NCBI GenBank assembly: GCA_038087875.1
Contig: CM075988.1
Coordinates: 1 to 64,000 of the forward strand
Direction: 5' to 3'
Source of the DNA: Malacoraja senta
Taxonomy: Eukaryota
DNA: 64,000 bases
Positions within the stretch are counted from its first letter, which is position 1. Each line of letters opens with the position of its first letter. Positions 24,781-38,589 of this stretch are shown here, one piece after another. A program made the translations under genes and the position numbers. The notes under the pieces were generated by a model, which was not told the DNA's origin, made no database searches, and worked only from the letters and a program-made list of their open reading frames with translations.

Positions 24781-26792
24781 TCCTCAAGGTTCAGTTCAGT
24801 CCAGGTTAGCTTATTGTCACGTGTACCGAGGTACAGAGAAACGCTTTGTGGTGCTCTGAGTGAAAAGCTCTGTGTCTCCAAAGTGCGGTCACGGATGGCG
24901 CAGCGGGTAGAGTTGCTGCCTCACGGCGCCAGAGGCCCCAGGGTTCGATCCTGACTACGGGCGCCGTCTGTACGGAGTTTGCACGTTCTCCCCGTGACCT
25001 GCGTGGCTTTTCTCCGGGTGCTCCGGTTTCCTCCCACACTCCAAAGAGGTGCAGGTTTGTAGGTTTAATTGGCTTCGGTAAGTTAGAAAGTTATCCCGAG
25101 TGTGTGCAGGGTAGCGCTAGTGTACGGGGTGATCGCTGGTCGGTGCGGACTCGGTGGGCCGAAGGGCCTGTTCCCACGATGTATCTCCCAGTCTCAAGTC
25201 TAAAGATGCTATCTGATGTGCTGGAACAGGCGTGGCTCGTACGAATTAGAGCACGGCTTTGATAATGGTAACAAATTCTTACCACCGGGTGGCGTTGCGA
25301 TGGCAGCCTCGCCTACAGTCTGTCTGTCTTTTTTGTCTTTTTTTTTAGTGTGTTTAGTGTGGGGGAGGGGGTCGGGGGAAACCTTTTTCAATCTCTCACC
25401 TCTCCAGAGATGCGATTGTTTTCCGGGTGGTATCTCCGGTCGCTCTGCGGCCTAACATCGTGGAGCTGGAGGCCTGGCTCGGGACTGACGTTGAGCCCCA
25501 CCGCGGGGCCGTGGACTTACCATCAGAGCCTGCGGTCCCTTGCCTGGGATCCACGCTCCAACCGCGACCTGCGGACTTTAACGTCAAGGAGCTCGCAGTC
25601 TCGGGTTGAGACCGACGTGGGGAAGCTCCAAAAGCCACACAACGTTTGACTGGCCCCGACCCGGGGTAGATCGCCCGGCGCGAGGGAGCTGAGATTCCCC
25701 CCCCCCCCCTTGGCTAATAAAGTATGATTCTGATTCAAACGTGGCGCCTCTCGCATGCAGACTGAGTGGACTATTTCTGCTAATCGAGAATCAGGTGGTC
25801 TGCCAATACTCTGCTGGACTGTTTGTATGGAAAAGGAATTTCACTGTTTTAGTTTAGTTTAGCTTACAGATACAGCGCGAAAACAGGCCCTTCAGCCCAC
25901 CGAGTCCGCGCCGACCAGCGATCCCCGCACGTTATCACTATCCTACACACACCGGGGACAATTTACACTTCAACCAAACCTGCACGTCTTTGGAGTGTGG
26001 GAGGAAACCGGAGCACCCAGAGAAAACCCACGCAGGTCACGGGGAGAACGTGCAAACTCCGTACAGACAGCACCCGTAGTCGGGATCGAACACGGGTCTC
26101 CGGCGCTGTGAGGCAGCAACTCTACCGCTGCGCCATTGTGATTTCCCGCTTACGTGGAAGGCAGCATCTGCAGTTCTTTGCTTCTATGCAGAACAAAACA
26201 GCACAGAAACAGGCCCTTCAGCCCATGATGTCTGTGCCCAATATGATGCTATGACAACTCTTACAATAGACAATAGGTGCAGGAGTAGGCCATTCAGCCC
26301 TTCGAGCCAGCACCGCCATTCAATGTGATCATGGCTGATCTAAGAGCTCTATCCAGCTCTCTTTTGAATGCATCCAGTGAATCGGCCTCCAAAGCTAATG
26401 GCATGTTGGCCTTCATATCAAAAGGAGTTGAGTATAGGAGCAAAGGAGTGTAGGTCCCTTAATTTGTAGAAGGACATTCTTGCTATTGAGGGAGTGCAGC
26501 GTAGGTTCACAAGGTTAATTCCCGGGATGGCGTGAAAAACGTGTTTCCCGGAAAAACATTTGGACAGGTACATGGAAAGGACAGGTTTGGTGGGATATGG
26601 GCCAAACGCAGGCAGGTGGGACTAGTGTAGATAAGATATTGTTGGCCGGTGTGGGCAAGTTGGGCCGAAGGGCCTGTTTCCACGCTGTATCACTCTATGA
26701 CTCATACTCTGTGACTTGATCCATTCTGTCTCTTACTTCCTATTTCCTAGTTCTGTGTTTTTTGTTTCATTCCTGGTACTGTAATTAGAAAC

Positions 26793-27183
26793 TCATCAGG
26801 TGGTCACTCCAAACGAGTATGACTGTCCTCTTTTGGGTCAACGCCTGTGCGTGAATTTGTTTAACGTGGGGAGACTGGTGCTCAGACAGCCACCCCACGG
26901 TCCTTGACAGATCTGGGTCAGGATCCAGTGGCATGGAGTCCAAGACGACCGGAGACCCTTTTCTGCTGCAGCCTTCATCCGCCTTCCCAGCCGTTGTGCC
27001 GCTCCACTAAGGGCAGCCATCGTCCTCCGCCTGTTCCACCGTTGAGGTCTTGGTTGGATTGCTCTTTGTCAGAGACCTCCCCCTCGACCTTACCGCCATG
27101 GGTGGCCCTACCAGGAGCATAGCTCCAGACGGCATCGCTCTCAGGATCTCAGGAAGCACACGAGCTTCTCCACCACTACAAGT
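26793..27183 (-). mobile_element. Short RTE-derived non-autonomous element (RTE-like 5'UTR + tgatga end)
   Basis: Minus strand begins cttgtagtggtggagaagc..gatcctgagagcgatgcc..gtagggccacccatggcggtaaggtc..ctgacaaagag, resembling recalled RTE (Expander/BovB) 5'UTRs. Confidence 0.5.
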
Positions 27184-28383
27184 GCCTTTCAGAATGGCAG
27201 GCAGTGACTAGTGGGGTACCGCAAGGCTCGGCGCTGGGACCGCAGCTATTTACAATATACATCAATGATTTGGATGAAGGGATTCAAAGTAACATTAGCA
27301 AATTTGCAGATGACACAAAGCTGGGTGACAGTGTGAACTGTGAGGAGGATGCCATGAGAATGCAGGGTGACTTGGACAGGTTGGGGGAGTGGGCAGATAA
27401 TAATAATAATAATTCATTTTATTTACTGGCGCCTTTCTAAGACCCAAGGACACCTTACAAGGCATAGAATCACAGAAATACAAAACACATAATCGGAAAA
27501 AATTAAATATAAAAAATAAAAATTAAATTTTTTTTTTTTTTAAATGCATGGCAGATGAAGTTTAATGCGGATAAATGTGAGGTTATCCACTTTGGAAGCA
27601 AAAACAGGAAGGCCGATTACTATCTAAATGGTATCAAGTTGGGAAAAGGGGAAGTACAACGGGATCTGGGGGTCCTTGTTCATCAGTCAATGAAAGTAAG
27701 CATGCAGGTACAGCAGGCAGTGAAGAAAGTGAATGGCATGTTGGCCTTTATAACAAGAGGAGTCGAGTATAGGAGCAAAGAGGTCCTTCTGCAGTTGTAC
27801 AGAGCCCCAGTGAGACCACACCTGGAGTATTGTGTGCAGTTTTGGTCCCCTAATTTGAGGAAGGACATTCTTGCTATTGAGGGAGTGCAGCGTAGGTTTA
27901 CAAGGTTAATTCCCGGGATGGCGGGACTATCATATGCTGAGAGAATGGAGCAGCTGGGCTTGTACACTCTGGAGTTTAGAAGGATGAGAGGGAATTTTAT
28001 TGAACCACATAAGATTGTTAAGGGTTTGGACACGCTAGAGGCAGGAAACATGTTCCCGATGTTGGGGGAGTCCAGAACCAGGGGCCACAGTTTAAGAATA
28101 AGGGGTAAGCCATTTAGAGCGGAGACGAGGAAACACTTTTTCTCACAGAGAGTGGTGAGTCTGTGGAATTCTCTGCCTCAGAGGGCGGTGGAGGCAGGTT
28201 CTCTGGATACTTTCAAGAGAGAGCTGGATAGGGCTCTTAAAAATAGCGGAGTCAGGGGATATGGGGAGAAGGCAGGAACGGGGTACTGATTGGGGATGAT
28301 CAGCCATGATCACATTGAATGGCGGTGCTGGCTCGAAGGGCCGAATGGCCGGCTCCTGCACCTATTGTCTATTGTCTATTGTC
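27184..28383 (+). mobile_element. CR1 LINE 3' fragment with a short internal insertion at ~27397-27543
   Basis: ORFs 27204..27440 and 27555..28289; (ctattgt)n tail. Confidence 0.9.
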
Positions 28384-28914
28384 TGTTGACAATCCACGGA
28401 GAATTCTAGGTTGTCAATGGTCTGACTTTGTGATTGCTGGTTCCCTTAATGCTGGGGTAGATTATAATTCCACTTGGGTAGCTTATAACTCCACGGCATC
28501 AACATTCAACTCCGCAATTATAGGCAACATCTCAACCACCACCTCCACCCCGCCCCCCACCCAAGCCGTCCCCCCCACCCCCCTCCGTGGCCCAGCTGGA
28601 CACACCCATTACTCTCCCCCATCCCCCCATTCCACCGATACATTCCTTCCTCTGGCTTCACAATTTGCAACTCTTCAATCCATATCTCACACCGTTTGAC
28701 TTTTCATCTCTGGCTTTCATCCAACCATCTGCCTATCAAACAAAATACGCTCGCCTGAATCCAGCAGTCGCCTGTGTAGGAAAGAACTGCAGGTGCTGGC
28801 TTATACTTAAGATAGACACAAAGTGCTGGAGTAACTCGGCAGGTCTTGCAGCGTCTCAGGAGAAAAAGGATGGGTGACGTATCGGGTCAGAACACTTCTT
28901 CAGTCGCCAATCCT

Positions 28915-29276
28915 TTTTCTCCACAGATGCTGCCTGACCCGCTGAGTTACTCCAGCACTCTGTGAAACGTCACCTATCCATGTTCTCCACAGATGCTGCC
29001 TGACCCGCTGAGTTACTCCAGCACTCTGTGAAACGTCACCTATCCATGTTCCGGCAGCATCTATGGAGCGAAGGAAATAGGCAACGTTTCGGCCCGAAAC
29101 CCTTCCGGGTTTCGGGCCGAAACGCTGAAGGAAATAGGCAACGTTTCGGGCCCATTTCCTTCGTTGCCCAAGGTTGCCCATTTCCTTCGCTCCACAGATG
29201 CTGCCTGACCCGCTGAGTTACTCCAGCACTCTGTGAAACGTCACCTATCCATGTTCTCCACAGATGCTGCCTGACC
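28915..29276 (+). repeat. Short arrays of the same 66-bp unit (again at ~29899-29995 after a CR1 insertion)
   Basis: Same unit sequence as 2671-3309, interrupted by an inverted pseudo-LTR piece and by the CR1 at 29277-29897. Confidence 0.85.
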
Positions 29277-29897
29277 AGTATAGGAGCAGGGAGGTTCTAC
29301 TGCAGTTGTACAGGGTCTTGGTGAGACCACACCTGGAGTATTGCGTACAGTTTTGGTCTCCTAATCTGAGGAAGGACATTCTTGCCATTGAGGGAGTGCA
29401 GAGAAGGTTCACCAGACTGATTCCTGGGATGTCAGGACTTTCATATGAAGAAAGACTGGATAGACTTGGCTTATACTCGCTAGAATTTAGGAGATTGAGA
29501 GGGGATCTTATAGAAACGTACAAAATTCTTATGGGGTTGGACAGGCTAGATGCAGGAAGATTGTTCCCGATGTTGGGGAAGTCCAGGACAAGGGGTCACA
29601 GCTTAAGGATAAGGGGGAAATCCTTTAAGACCGAGATGAGGAAAAACTTTTTCACACAGATAGTGGTGAATCTCTGGAACTCTCTGCCGCAGAGGGTAGT
29701 TGAGGCCAGTTCATTGGCTATATTTAAGAGGGAGTTAGATGTGGCCCTTGTGGCTAAGGGGATCAGGGGGTATGGAGAGAAGGCAGGTACGGGATACTGA
29801 GTTGGATGATCAGCCATGATCATATTGAATGGCGGTGCAGGCTCGAAGGGCCGAATGGCCTACTCCTGCACCTATTTTCTATGTATCTATGTATCTA
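29277..29897 (+). mobile_element. CR1 LINE 3' fragment, same subfamily as 8862-12909 (also ~16443-16960, ~36218-36767)
   Basis: ORF 29264..29800 is nearly identical to the C-terminus of ORF 8963..10702. Confidence 0.9.
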
Positions 29898-31531
29898 TGA
29901 CCCGCTGAGTTACTCCAGCACTCTGTGAAACGTCACCTATCCATGTTCTCCACAGATGCTGCCTGACCCGCTGAGTTACTCCAGCACTCTGTGTCTTTGT
30001 CTTGTAAACCTGCATCTGCAGGGTGAATGCGTGGAAACTTTGACCATTGAAGCAGTATGAGCTACATCGGGAGAGCGTTGATCGGGCTGGGACCCTGTTC
30101 CCTGGAGCGCAGGAAGGTCCGATTGAGATGTATAAACTCATCAGAGAAATAGATCAAGTAAACATCTCTTGCCCAGAGTAGGGGAATCAAGAACCAGAGG
30201 ACATAGGTTTAAGGTGAGAGGGAGAGATTTAATAGGAACCTGAGGGGTAACTTTTTCACACAAAGTTTAGTTTAGTTTATTGTCACGTGCACCGAGATAG
30301 AGTGAAAAAGCATTTGTCGCGTCAACGGAAAGACAATAGGCAATAGACAATAGGTGCAGGAGTAGGCCATTCGGCCCTTTGAGCCAGCACCGCCATTCAA
30401 TGTGATCATGGCTGATCATCCCCAATCAGTACCCCATTCCTGCCTTCTCCCCACATCCCCGGACTCCGCTATTTTTAAGAGCCCTATCTAGCTCTCTGTT
30501 GAAAGCATCCAGAGAACCCGCCTCCGCCGCCCTCTGAGGCAGAGAATTCCACAGACACATACAATACATGTATGGAATGAATTGCCAGAGGAGGTAGTTG
30601 AGGCAGGGAAGTTGAAGAAACAATTAGACAGGTACATGGATAGGACAGGTTTAGAGGGATATGGGCCAAACGCAGGCAGTTGGGACCAGTGTAGCTGGGA
30701 CATGTTGGTCGGTGTGGGCAAGTTGGGCCGGAGGGCCTGTTTCCACGCTGTTATCACTCCATGACTCTAAGAACCAGTGGACATAGACTTAACCCAATCG
30801 ATCAAATCAAAAGGAAAAATCATCTTAAGATGAGAGATCAAAGGAGATTGCCACTAATTAGCAGTGAAAAAATAGATCCTTAATTACAACTTTTAGATGA
30901 GGTCAACATGGTGACTGCACAAAGATTTTCTCCTGACCTCAGATGGGTTTCAAGACAATTCAGGGTCGGCACGGTGGTGCAGCGGTAGAGTTGCTGCCTC
31001 ACAGCACCAGAGACCCGGGTTCCATCCTGACCACGGGTGCTGTCTGTACGGAGTTTGTACGTTCTCCCCGTGGCCGCCTGCGTGGGTTTTCTCCCGGGTG
31101 CTCCAGTTTTCTCCCACATTCCAAAGACGTACAGATTTGTAGGTTAATTGGCTTCTGTACGTTTTTTTTTTAATTTTAGTTGAGTTGATTGTCACGTGTA
31201 CCGAGGTTACAGTGAAAAGCTTTTGCTGTGTGCTATCCAGTCAGTGGAAAGACAATACATGATTACAATCATTGTCCTATCTGGGGCACATGACAATAAA
31301 CCCTCTTGACGACTTGCCATTTACAGTGTACAGATATATGATAAAGGGAATAACGTTTAGCGCGAGGTAAAGCCGGTAAAGTCCGATCAAGGATAGTCCG
31401 AGGGTCACCAATGAGGTAGATGGTACATCAGAATCAGAATCAGAATCAGATTTTATTCGCCAAGTTTGTTTTGCAACATACGAGGACTTTCACATTGCAA
31501 ATTGTCCCTAGTGTGTAGGATAGTGATATAA

Positions 31532-32113
31532 AGGCCTGTCTCACGAGTCTGCGGTCATTGACGGCGAAACGGGAAGAATCTGCCGCCATAGACCGCGCAC
31601 TCGTGAGAACGCACAATTCCGGGGCCGTGCGGCGGTGTTCCCAACACTGCACGGTGCTAAAATAAAACCTACACTGTTGAAAAATATTTTCCTACCACAC
31701 AACCTCCACCAGTGATGCACGAGTGCGGCACGGCCACCCGCACGGGCCGCCGCCAGTGTGGCTCGAGCGCCGTGCGTCAAACTTGCACCGCCACAGCCTC
31801 CGCCAGTGAGGCACGTGTGCGGCACGGCCGCAGGCACAACCACCGCTACAGCGCCGCGATCAGGACGGCCGCCGCCACAGCCTCCGCTCGTGAGTCACGT
31901 GCGGCGGGCCGACGTCATCGCAGTCGGCCCGCCCTTTTTTTAACTTACCGCAAGCACGTGGGACCCGCCGTATTTGAATCACTCGGCCCCCGCGCAGCAT
32001 CCATGCGGCGCTCCCGTGGATAGACTCGGCGCTCTCGCCGTTACCGTGCGGTCCACTCCACAGGCGAAGCCGCGCTTCACCGCCGATGACCGCAAACACG
32101 TAAGACAGAGCCT
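31532..32113. mobile_element. PIF/Harbinger-type MITE inserted in a V-SINE tail
   Basis: TIR aggcctgtctcacg / cgtaagacagagcct; TAA/TTA flanks; GC-rich interior; SINE sequence resumes on both sides. Confidence 0.75.
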
Positions 32114-33017
32114 TTAGTGTACGAGGTGATCACTGGTCAGCATGGACTCAGTGGGCCGAAGGGCCTATTTCCGCGCTGTATCTCAAATGGCATTGTATCT
32201 CCAAAAATCTGGGGCAGACAAATATTGCTGGAGAAACTCAGCGGGTGAGGCAGCATCTATGGGACGAAGGAATAGGTGACGTTTCAGGTTAAGACCCTTC
32301 TTCAGACTGATGTGGGGCGAGCGGGAAGAAGAAAGGAAGAGGCGGAGACAGTGGGCTGTGGAGAGCTGGGAAGGGGAGGGGAAAGAGGGAGAAAGCAAGG
32401 ACTACCTGAAATTGGAGGTCAATGTTCAATTTGGGGATGTCTTTGTAGTCAAAGGTAATTAAATTGATTGAAGACTACAGCGTGGAAACAGGCCCTTCGG
32501 CCCATCGAGTCCACGCCTGCTATGATCACTAATTCGCACTAGACTTTTGAAATAGAGCGCAAAAACAGACCTACGAACAGTACACTACACATCACGGACA
32601 ATTTACAATTTACAGAAGCCAATTAACGTACAAAAAACCTGCACGTCTTTGGAGCGTGGGAGGAAACCGGAGCACCCGGAGAAAACCCACGCAGGTCACG
32701 GGGAGGACGTAAAACTCTGCACAGACAGCACCCCAGTCAGGATCGAACCGGGGTCTCCGGTGCTGTGAGGCAGCGACTCTACCACTGCTCCTACCGCGCT
32801 GCCACCTACTGGAGTTTATTGTCATGTGTACCAAGGTACAGGAGCAACCGGCGTAAAATCCAATGCGTTCACCGTAGGAAAATACAAACTCCACGCCGAC
32901 AGCACCCGAGGTCAGGATCGAACCCAGGTCTCTGGCGCTGTGAGGCAGCGACTCTGGTCTGGATGGGTATCTTGCATCTCTTTCCTCACCCCATCTCCAT
33001 TCTCAGCCAATGCATCA

Positions 33018-33352
33018 GGGCGGCACGGTGGTGCAGCGGTAGAGTTGCTGCCTCACAGCGACGGACACCCGGGTTCTATCCCGACCACGGGTGCTGTCTG
33101 TATGGAGTTTGCACGTTCTCCCCGTGACCTGCGTGGGTTTTCTCCGGGTGCTCCGGTTCCCTCCCACACTCCAAAGACGTGCAGGTTTGCAGGTTAATTG
33201 GCTCGTTGTAATTGTAAATTGTCCCTAGTGGGTGTAGGATAGTGTTGGTGTGCGGGGATCGCTGGTCGGTAAGGACCCGGTGGGCCGAAGGGCCTGTTTC
33301 CACGCTGTATCTCTAAACTAAACTAAACTAAACTAAACTAAACCAAACTAAA
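33018..33352 (+). mobile_element. tRNA-derived V-SINE (HE1-like), full length
   Basis: A-box-like tggtgcagcgg and B-box-like ggttctatccc, V-domain gtttgcacgttctccccgtg..ggg ttttctccgggtgctccggtt, LINE-derived tail gggccgaagggcctgtttcc and (taaac)n. Confidence 0.88.
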
Positions 33353-33409
33353 TAGTAGGAGGAAGATGAAAGATGCTCATCTAGACAAGTGCTGTTCAAT
33401 ATTCATCCT

Positions 33410-34357
33410 GATAGCAAGTTTGCGGATGACACAAAGCTGGGTGGCAGTGTGAACTGTGAAGAGGATGTTGGGAGGTTGCAGGGTGACCTGGACAGGTTGA
33501 GCGAGTGGGCAGATGCGTGGCAGATGCAGTATAATACAGATAAATGTGAGGTTATCCACTTTGGCGGCAAAAACAAGGGGGCAGATTATTATCTCAATGG
33601 GGTTAGGTTAGGTAAGGGGGAGGTGCAGCGAGACCTGGGCGTCCTTGTACACTGGTCACTGAAAGTTGGCGTGCAGGTACAGCAGGCAGTGAAGAAAGCT
33701 AATGGAATGTTGGCCTTCATAACAAGAGGATTTCAGTACAGGAGTAAAGAGGTTCTTCTGCAGTTGTATAGGGCTCTGGTGAGACCACATCTGGAGTATC
33801 GTGTACAGTTTTGGTCTCCTAATTTGAGGAAGGACATCCTTGTTATTGAGGCAGTGCAGCGTAGGTTCACGAGATTGATCCCTGGGATGGCGGGACTGTC
33901 ATATGAGGAAAGATTGAAAAGACTAGGCTTGTATTCACTGGAGTTTAGAAGGATGAGGGGGGGGCGTTATAGAAACATATAAAATTATAAAAGGACTGGA
34001 CAAGCTAGATGCAGGAAATATGTTCCCAATGTTGGGCGAGTCCAGAACCAGGGGCCACAGTCTTAGAATAAAGGGGAGGTCATTTAAGACTGAGGTGAGA
34101 AAAAACATTTTCACCCGAAGAGTTGTGAATTTGTGGAATTCCCTGCCACAGAGGGCAGTGGAGGCCAAATCACTGGATGGATTTAAAGAGAGTTAGATAG
34201 AGCTCTAGGGGCTAGTGGAATCAAGGGATATGGGGAGAAGGCAGGCACGGGTTATTGATTGGGGACATTCAGCCATTATCACAACGAATGGCGGTGCTGG
34301 CTCGAAGGGCCGAATGGCCAACTCCTGCACCTATTTTCTATGTTTCTATGTTTCTAT
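33410..34357 (+). mobile_element. CR1 LINE 3' fragment
   Basis: ORF 33389..33982 [10 protein letters not shown]..; (ctatgttt)n tail. Confidence 0.9.
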
Positions 34358-34359
34358 GA

Positions 34360-35175
34360 TATCACGCAGCTCCGCTCTTGCTCCCCCTCCCCCTATTTAT
34401 AACAAGGACAGTCCCCCTTGTCCTCACCTTCCACCCTATCAGCCGTCACATACAGCATATAATCATCCAACATTTTCGCCACCTCCAACGGGATCCCACC
34501 ACTGGCCACATCTTCCCATCTCCACCCCTTTCTGCTTTCCGCAGAGACCGTTCCCTCCGCAACTCCCTGGTCAACTTGTCCCTTCCCACCCAAACCACCC
34601 CCTCCCCAGGTACTTTTCCCTGCAACCGCAGGAGATACAACACCTGTCCCTTTACCTCCCCCCTCGACTCCATACAAGGACCCAGACGGTCTTTCCAGGT
34701 GAGGCAGAGGTTCACCTGCACCTCCTCCAACCTCATCTACTGCATCCGCTGTTCCAGGTGTCAACTTCTCTACATCGGCGAGACCAAGCGCAGGCTTGGC
34801 GATCGTTTCGCTGAACACCTCCGCTCAGTCTGCCTTAACCTACCCGATCTCCCGGTTTCTCAGCACTTCAACTCCCCCTCCCATTCCCACACTGACCTTT
34901 CTGTCCTGGGCCTCCTCCATTGTCAGAGTGAGGCCCAGCGCAAATTGGAGGAACAGCACCTCATATTTCACTTGGGTAGTTTACACCCCAGCGGTATGAA
35001 CATGGACTTCTCTAACTTCAAATAGCCCTTGCTTTCCCTCTCTCTCCATCCCCTTCCCCTTCCCAGTTCTCCCACCAGTCTTACTGTCTCCGACTACATT
35101 CTATCTCTGTCCCGCCCACTCCCCTGACATCAGTCTGAAGAAGGGTCTCGACCCGAAACATCGGCCATTCCTTCT
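34360..35175 (+). mobile_element. Penelope-like element 3' fragment (linker + GIY-YIG + pseudo-LTR)
   Basis: ORF 34378..35025 with PLVLTFHP, AFRRDRSLRNSLV, Cys-rich linker and YIGET motif; hammerhead-like motif at 35135-35162. Confidence 0.88.
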
Positions 35176-37749
35176 CTTTGTTCTCCCACCACCCCTCACG
35201 GCAGTGAAATCTTTCCATTCCCCTTCTGCCAGCTTCCCCTTTCACAGTGACCTCATCTTCCTCTTATTACAACTCAACACTCATACAACAATCTCACTCC
35301 CTCCTAATGCGTTTCCGTTGAGTATTGCGTGCAGTCCAGGCCCCCACACGAGAGGAAGGATGTGGAGGAGGTTTACCAGAAAACCTGAATATAAGATTGA
35401 TTCTATTTATACCTCGAGCAGCCTCGGCAAGGCCAGCAGCATCATCAAGGACCAGTCGCACCCCGGCCACTCCCTCTTCTCCCCTCTCCCATCGGGCAAA
35501 AAGTACAGAAGTGTGAAAACGCACACCTCCAGATTCATAAAAAACATAGACAATAGGTGCAGGAGTAGACCATTCGGCCCTTCGAGCCAGCAACGCCATT
35601 CAATATGATCATGGCTGATCATCCCCAATCAGTACCCCCGTTCCTGCTTCTCCCCATATCCCTTGATTCTGTTAGCGCTCAAAGCTAACTCTAAAAACAT
35701 CCAGTGAATTGGCCTCCACTGCCTTCTGTGGCAGAGAATTCCACAGATTCAAAACTCTCTGGGTGAAAACGTTTTTCCTCATCTCCGTCCTAAATGGCCT
35801 ACCCCTTATTCTTAAACTGTGGCCCCTGGTTCTTGACTCCCCCAACATCGGGAACATGTTTCCTGCATCTAACCTGTCCAATCCCTTAAGAATTGTATAT
35901 GTTTCTATAAGATTGCCTCTCATCCTTCCAAATTCCAGTGAATACAAGTCCAGTCGTAGGTTCACAAGGTTAATTCCCGGGATGGCGGGACTGTCATATG
36001 ATGAAACGGTGGAGCAACTCCAGAGTGTACAAGCCCAGCCGCTCCATTCTCTCAGCATTTGACAGTCCCGCCATCCCGGGAATTAACTAGGCTGGGAGAG
36101 GAATGGAGAGAGAGGGAAAGCAAGGGTTAGTTGAAGTTGGAGTCTATTCTACATTTTCCTTGAATTTTTTCCCCTTTAATCTCTCATTTTCACACCTTCC
36201 CCTTCCATATCTCTCGTTTTTGGTCTCCTAATCTGAACAACAACATTCTTGCCATAGAGGGAGTACAGAGAAGGTTCACCAGACTGATTCCTGGGATGGC
36301 AGGACATTCATACGAAGAAAGACTGGGATAGACTCGGCTTGTACTCGCTAGAATTTAGAAGATTGAGGGGGGATCTTATAGAAACGTACAAAATTCTTAA
36401 GGGGTTGGACAGGCTAGATGCAGGAAGATTGTTCCCGATGTTGGGGAAGTCCAAAACAAGGGGTCACAGTTTAAGGATAAGGGGGAAGTCTTTTAGGACC
36501 GAGATGAGAATTTTTTTTTTCACACAGAGCGTGGTGAATCTGTGGAATTCTCTGCCACAGAAGGTAGTTGAGGCCAGTTCATTTGCTATATTTAGGAGGG
36601 AGTTAGATGTGGCCCTTGTGGCTAAAGGGATCAGGGGGTATGGAGAGAAGGCAGGTACAGGATACTGAGTTGGATGATCAGCCATGATCATATTGAATGG
36701 CGGTGCAGACTCGAAGGGCCGAATGGCCTACTCCTGCACCTATTTTCTATGTTTCTATGTTTCTATGTTACCCTCTCCCCTGACTCTCAGTCTGAAGAAG
36801 GGTCTCTCGTGGAAACGTCACCCATTCCTTCTCTCCAGAGATGCTGCCTGTCCCGCTGAGTCACTCCAGCAGTTTGCGGTGTAAACCAGCATCACCGTTT
36901 CCTTCCTCAGGTCAGGTCGGGGGGAGTCCCCCCCCCCACCACAGATACCCAATGTAATCCCGTGCTACCCGCTCCATGGTCGGATAGTCAACGACTAAAC
37001 CGTCTCCCCCACCCTGGTTTGCCAGGTGAGGAGGGGGCTGTGGACCCCCAGCAGGACCAAAAACATGACCTGTCAAAGGGCGGATGAGCTTCTAGCGAGC
37101 CGTCGGCCATCCACACTTCAGTAGAAGTTGCGATCACTGTCGTACATGGCATTGTAAGGAACGATGATAAATCACACACACACCAAAATACTAGACTTCC
37201 AGCGGTGGAAGTCCGCAGGAACTGGAGGACAGAGATGTGTGGTGCGTCCGTCACCGTTCCCGTCGGTAACCGGCACCACTGCGTCGCCAATGTTGTCAAC
37301 GATGATGAATGAATGAATGAAGTTCCATCAATAGACAATAGGTGCAGGAGCAGGCCATTCGGCCCTTCGAGCCAGCACCGCTATTCAATGTGATCATGGC
37401 TGATCATCCCCAATCAGTACCCCGTTCCTGCCTTCTCCCCATATCCCCTGACTCCGCTATCTTTAAAGATCTATCTAGCTCTCTCTTGAAAGCATCCAGT
37501 GAATCGTCCTCCACTGCCTTCTCAGGCAGAGAATTCCACAGATTCACAACTCTCTGGGTGAAAAAGTGTTTCCTCGTCTCCGTTCTAAATGGCTTACCCC
37601 TTATTCTTAAACTGTGGCCCCTGGTTCTGGACTCCCCCAACATCGGGAACATGTTTCCTGCCTCTAGCGTGTCCAAACCCTTAATAATCGTATGTGTTTC
37701 AATAAGATCCCCTCTCATCCTTCCTACACATTAGCAAAATATGTAAGTA

Positions 37750-38465
37750 AGTTTATTGGCCAAGTATTCACATACAATGAATTTGCCTTGGTGCTCCGCC
37801 CACAAGTAACAACATGACCTACAGTGACAGTTATGAATGACTCAGAAAACACTAAACATTAATAATAATAAAACATTAATGATAAAACACCATTGATCAA
37901 ACATGTGAACCAACACAATACCAGATCAAAGGGAGGCTACAGATATTTGGCTGTTGAGTAGAGCAACTACTCGTGGATAAAAACTGTTTTTATGTCTGGC
38001 TGTGGCAGCTTTGACAATCCGGAGTCACCTTCCAGAGGGAAGTGATTCAAAGAGTTTGTGGCCAGGGTGAGAGGGGTCAGAGATGATCTTGCCCGCTCGC
38101 TTCCTGGCCCTTGCAGTGTACAGTTCCTCAATGGAGGGAAGGTTGCAGCCAATAACCTTCTCTGCTGATCGGACGATTCGCTGCAGCCTCCGGATGTCGT
38201 GCTTGGTGGCTGAGCCAAACCAGACCATGATGGAGAAGGTGAGGACAGACTCTACGATGGCCGTGTAGAATTGGACCATCATTGCCTGTGGCAGATTGTG
38301 CTTCCTCAGCTGCCGCAGGAAGTACATCCTCTGTTGGGCCTTTTTGACTGTGGAGTCGATGGTAGCCCCCCACTTAAGGTCCTTGGAGATGATGGTTCCC
38401 AGGAACTTAAAAGACTCCACAGATGTGACTGTGGTGTTGTTGATGGTGAGTGGGGTGAGGGGAGG
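37750..38465 (-). mobile_element. Rex1/Babar-type LINE 3' fragment
   Basis: ORF 38025..38420 KFLGTIISKDLKW..KKAQQRMYFLRQLRK..LPSGR. Confidence 0.8.
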
Positions 38466-38589
38466 GGAGCACTCCTAAAGTCTACATGCTGCCTGGATTA
38501 GAGGGTTTCAGCTACAGGGTGAGGTTGGACTGACTTGGTTTGTTTTCTTTGAAACCTTCGAGGTTGAGTTTATATATTTTTATTATTTT

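Noticed and set aside
27140..27190. HDV-like ribozyme at the 5' end of the RTE-derived element
   Set aside because: The 5' end abuts a CR1 and I could not build P1/P2; at most a partial remnant.
33018..33095. tRNA genes suggested by A/B-box-like motifs
   Set aside because: They are SINE heads continuing into the V-domain and LINE-derived tail; no complete cloverleaf.
36920..37005. Possible HDV-like or twister fold at the start of the (TGAA)n-tailed element
   Set aside because: Candidate P3/P4 pieces exist but no convincing P1 or P2 partner strands.
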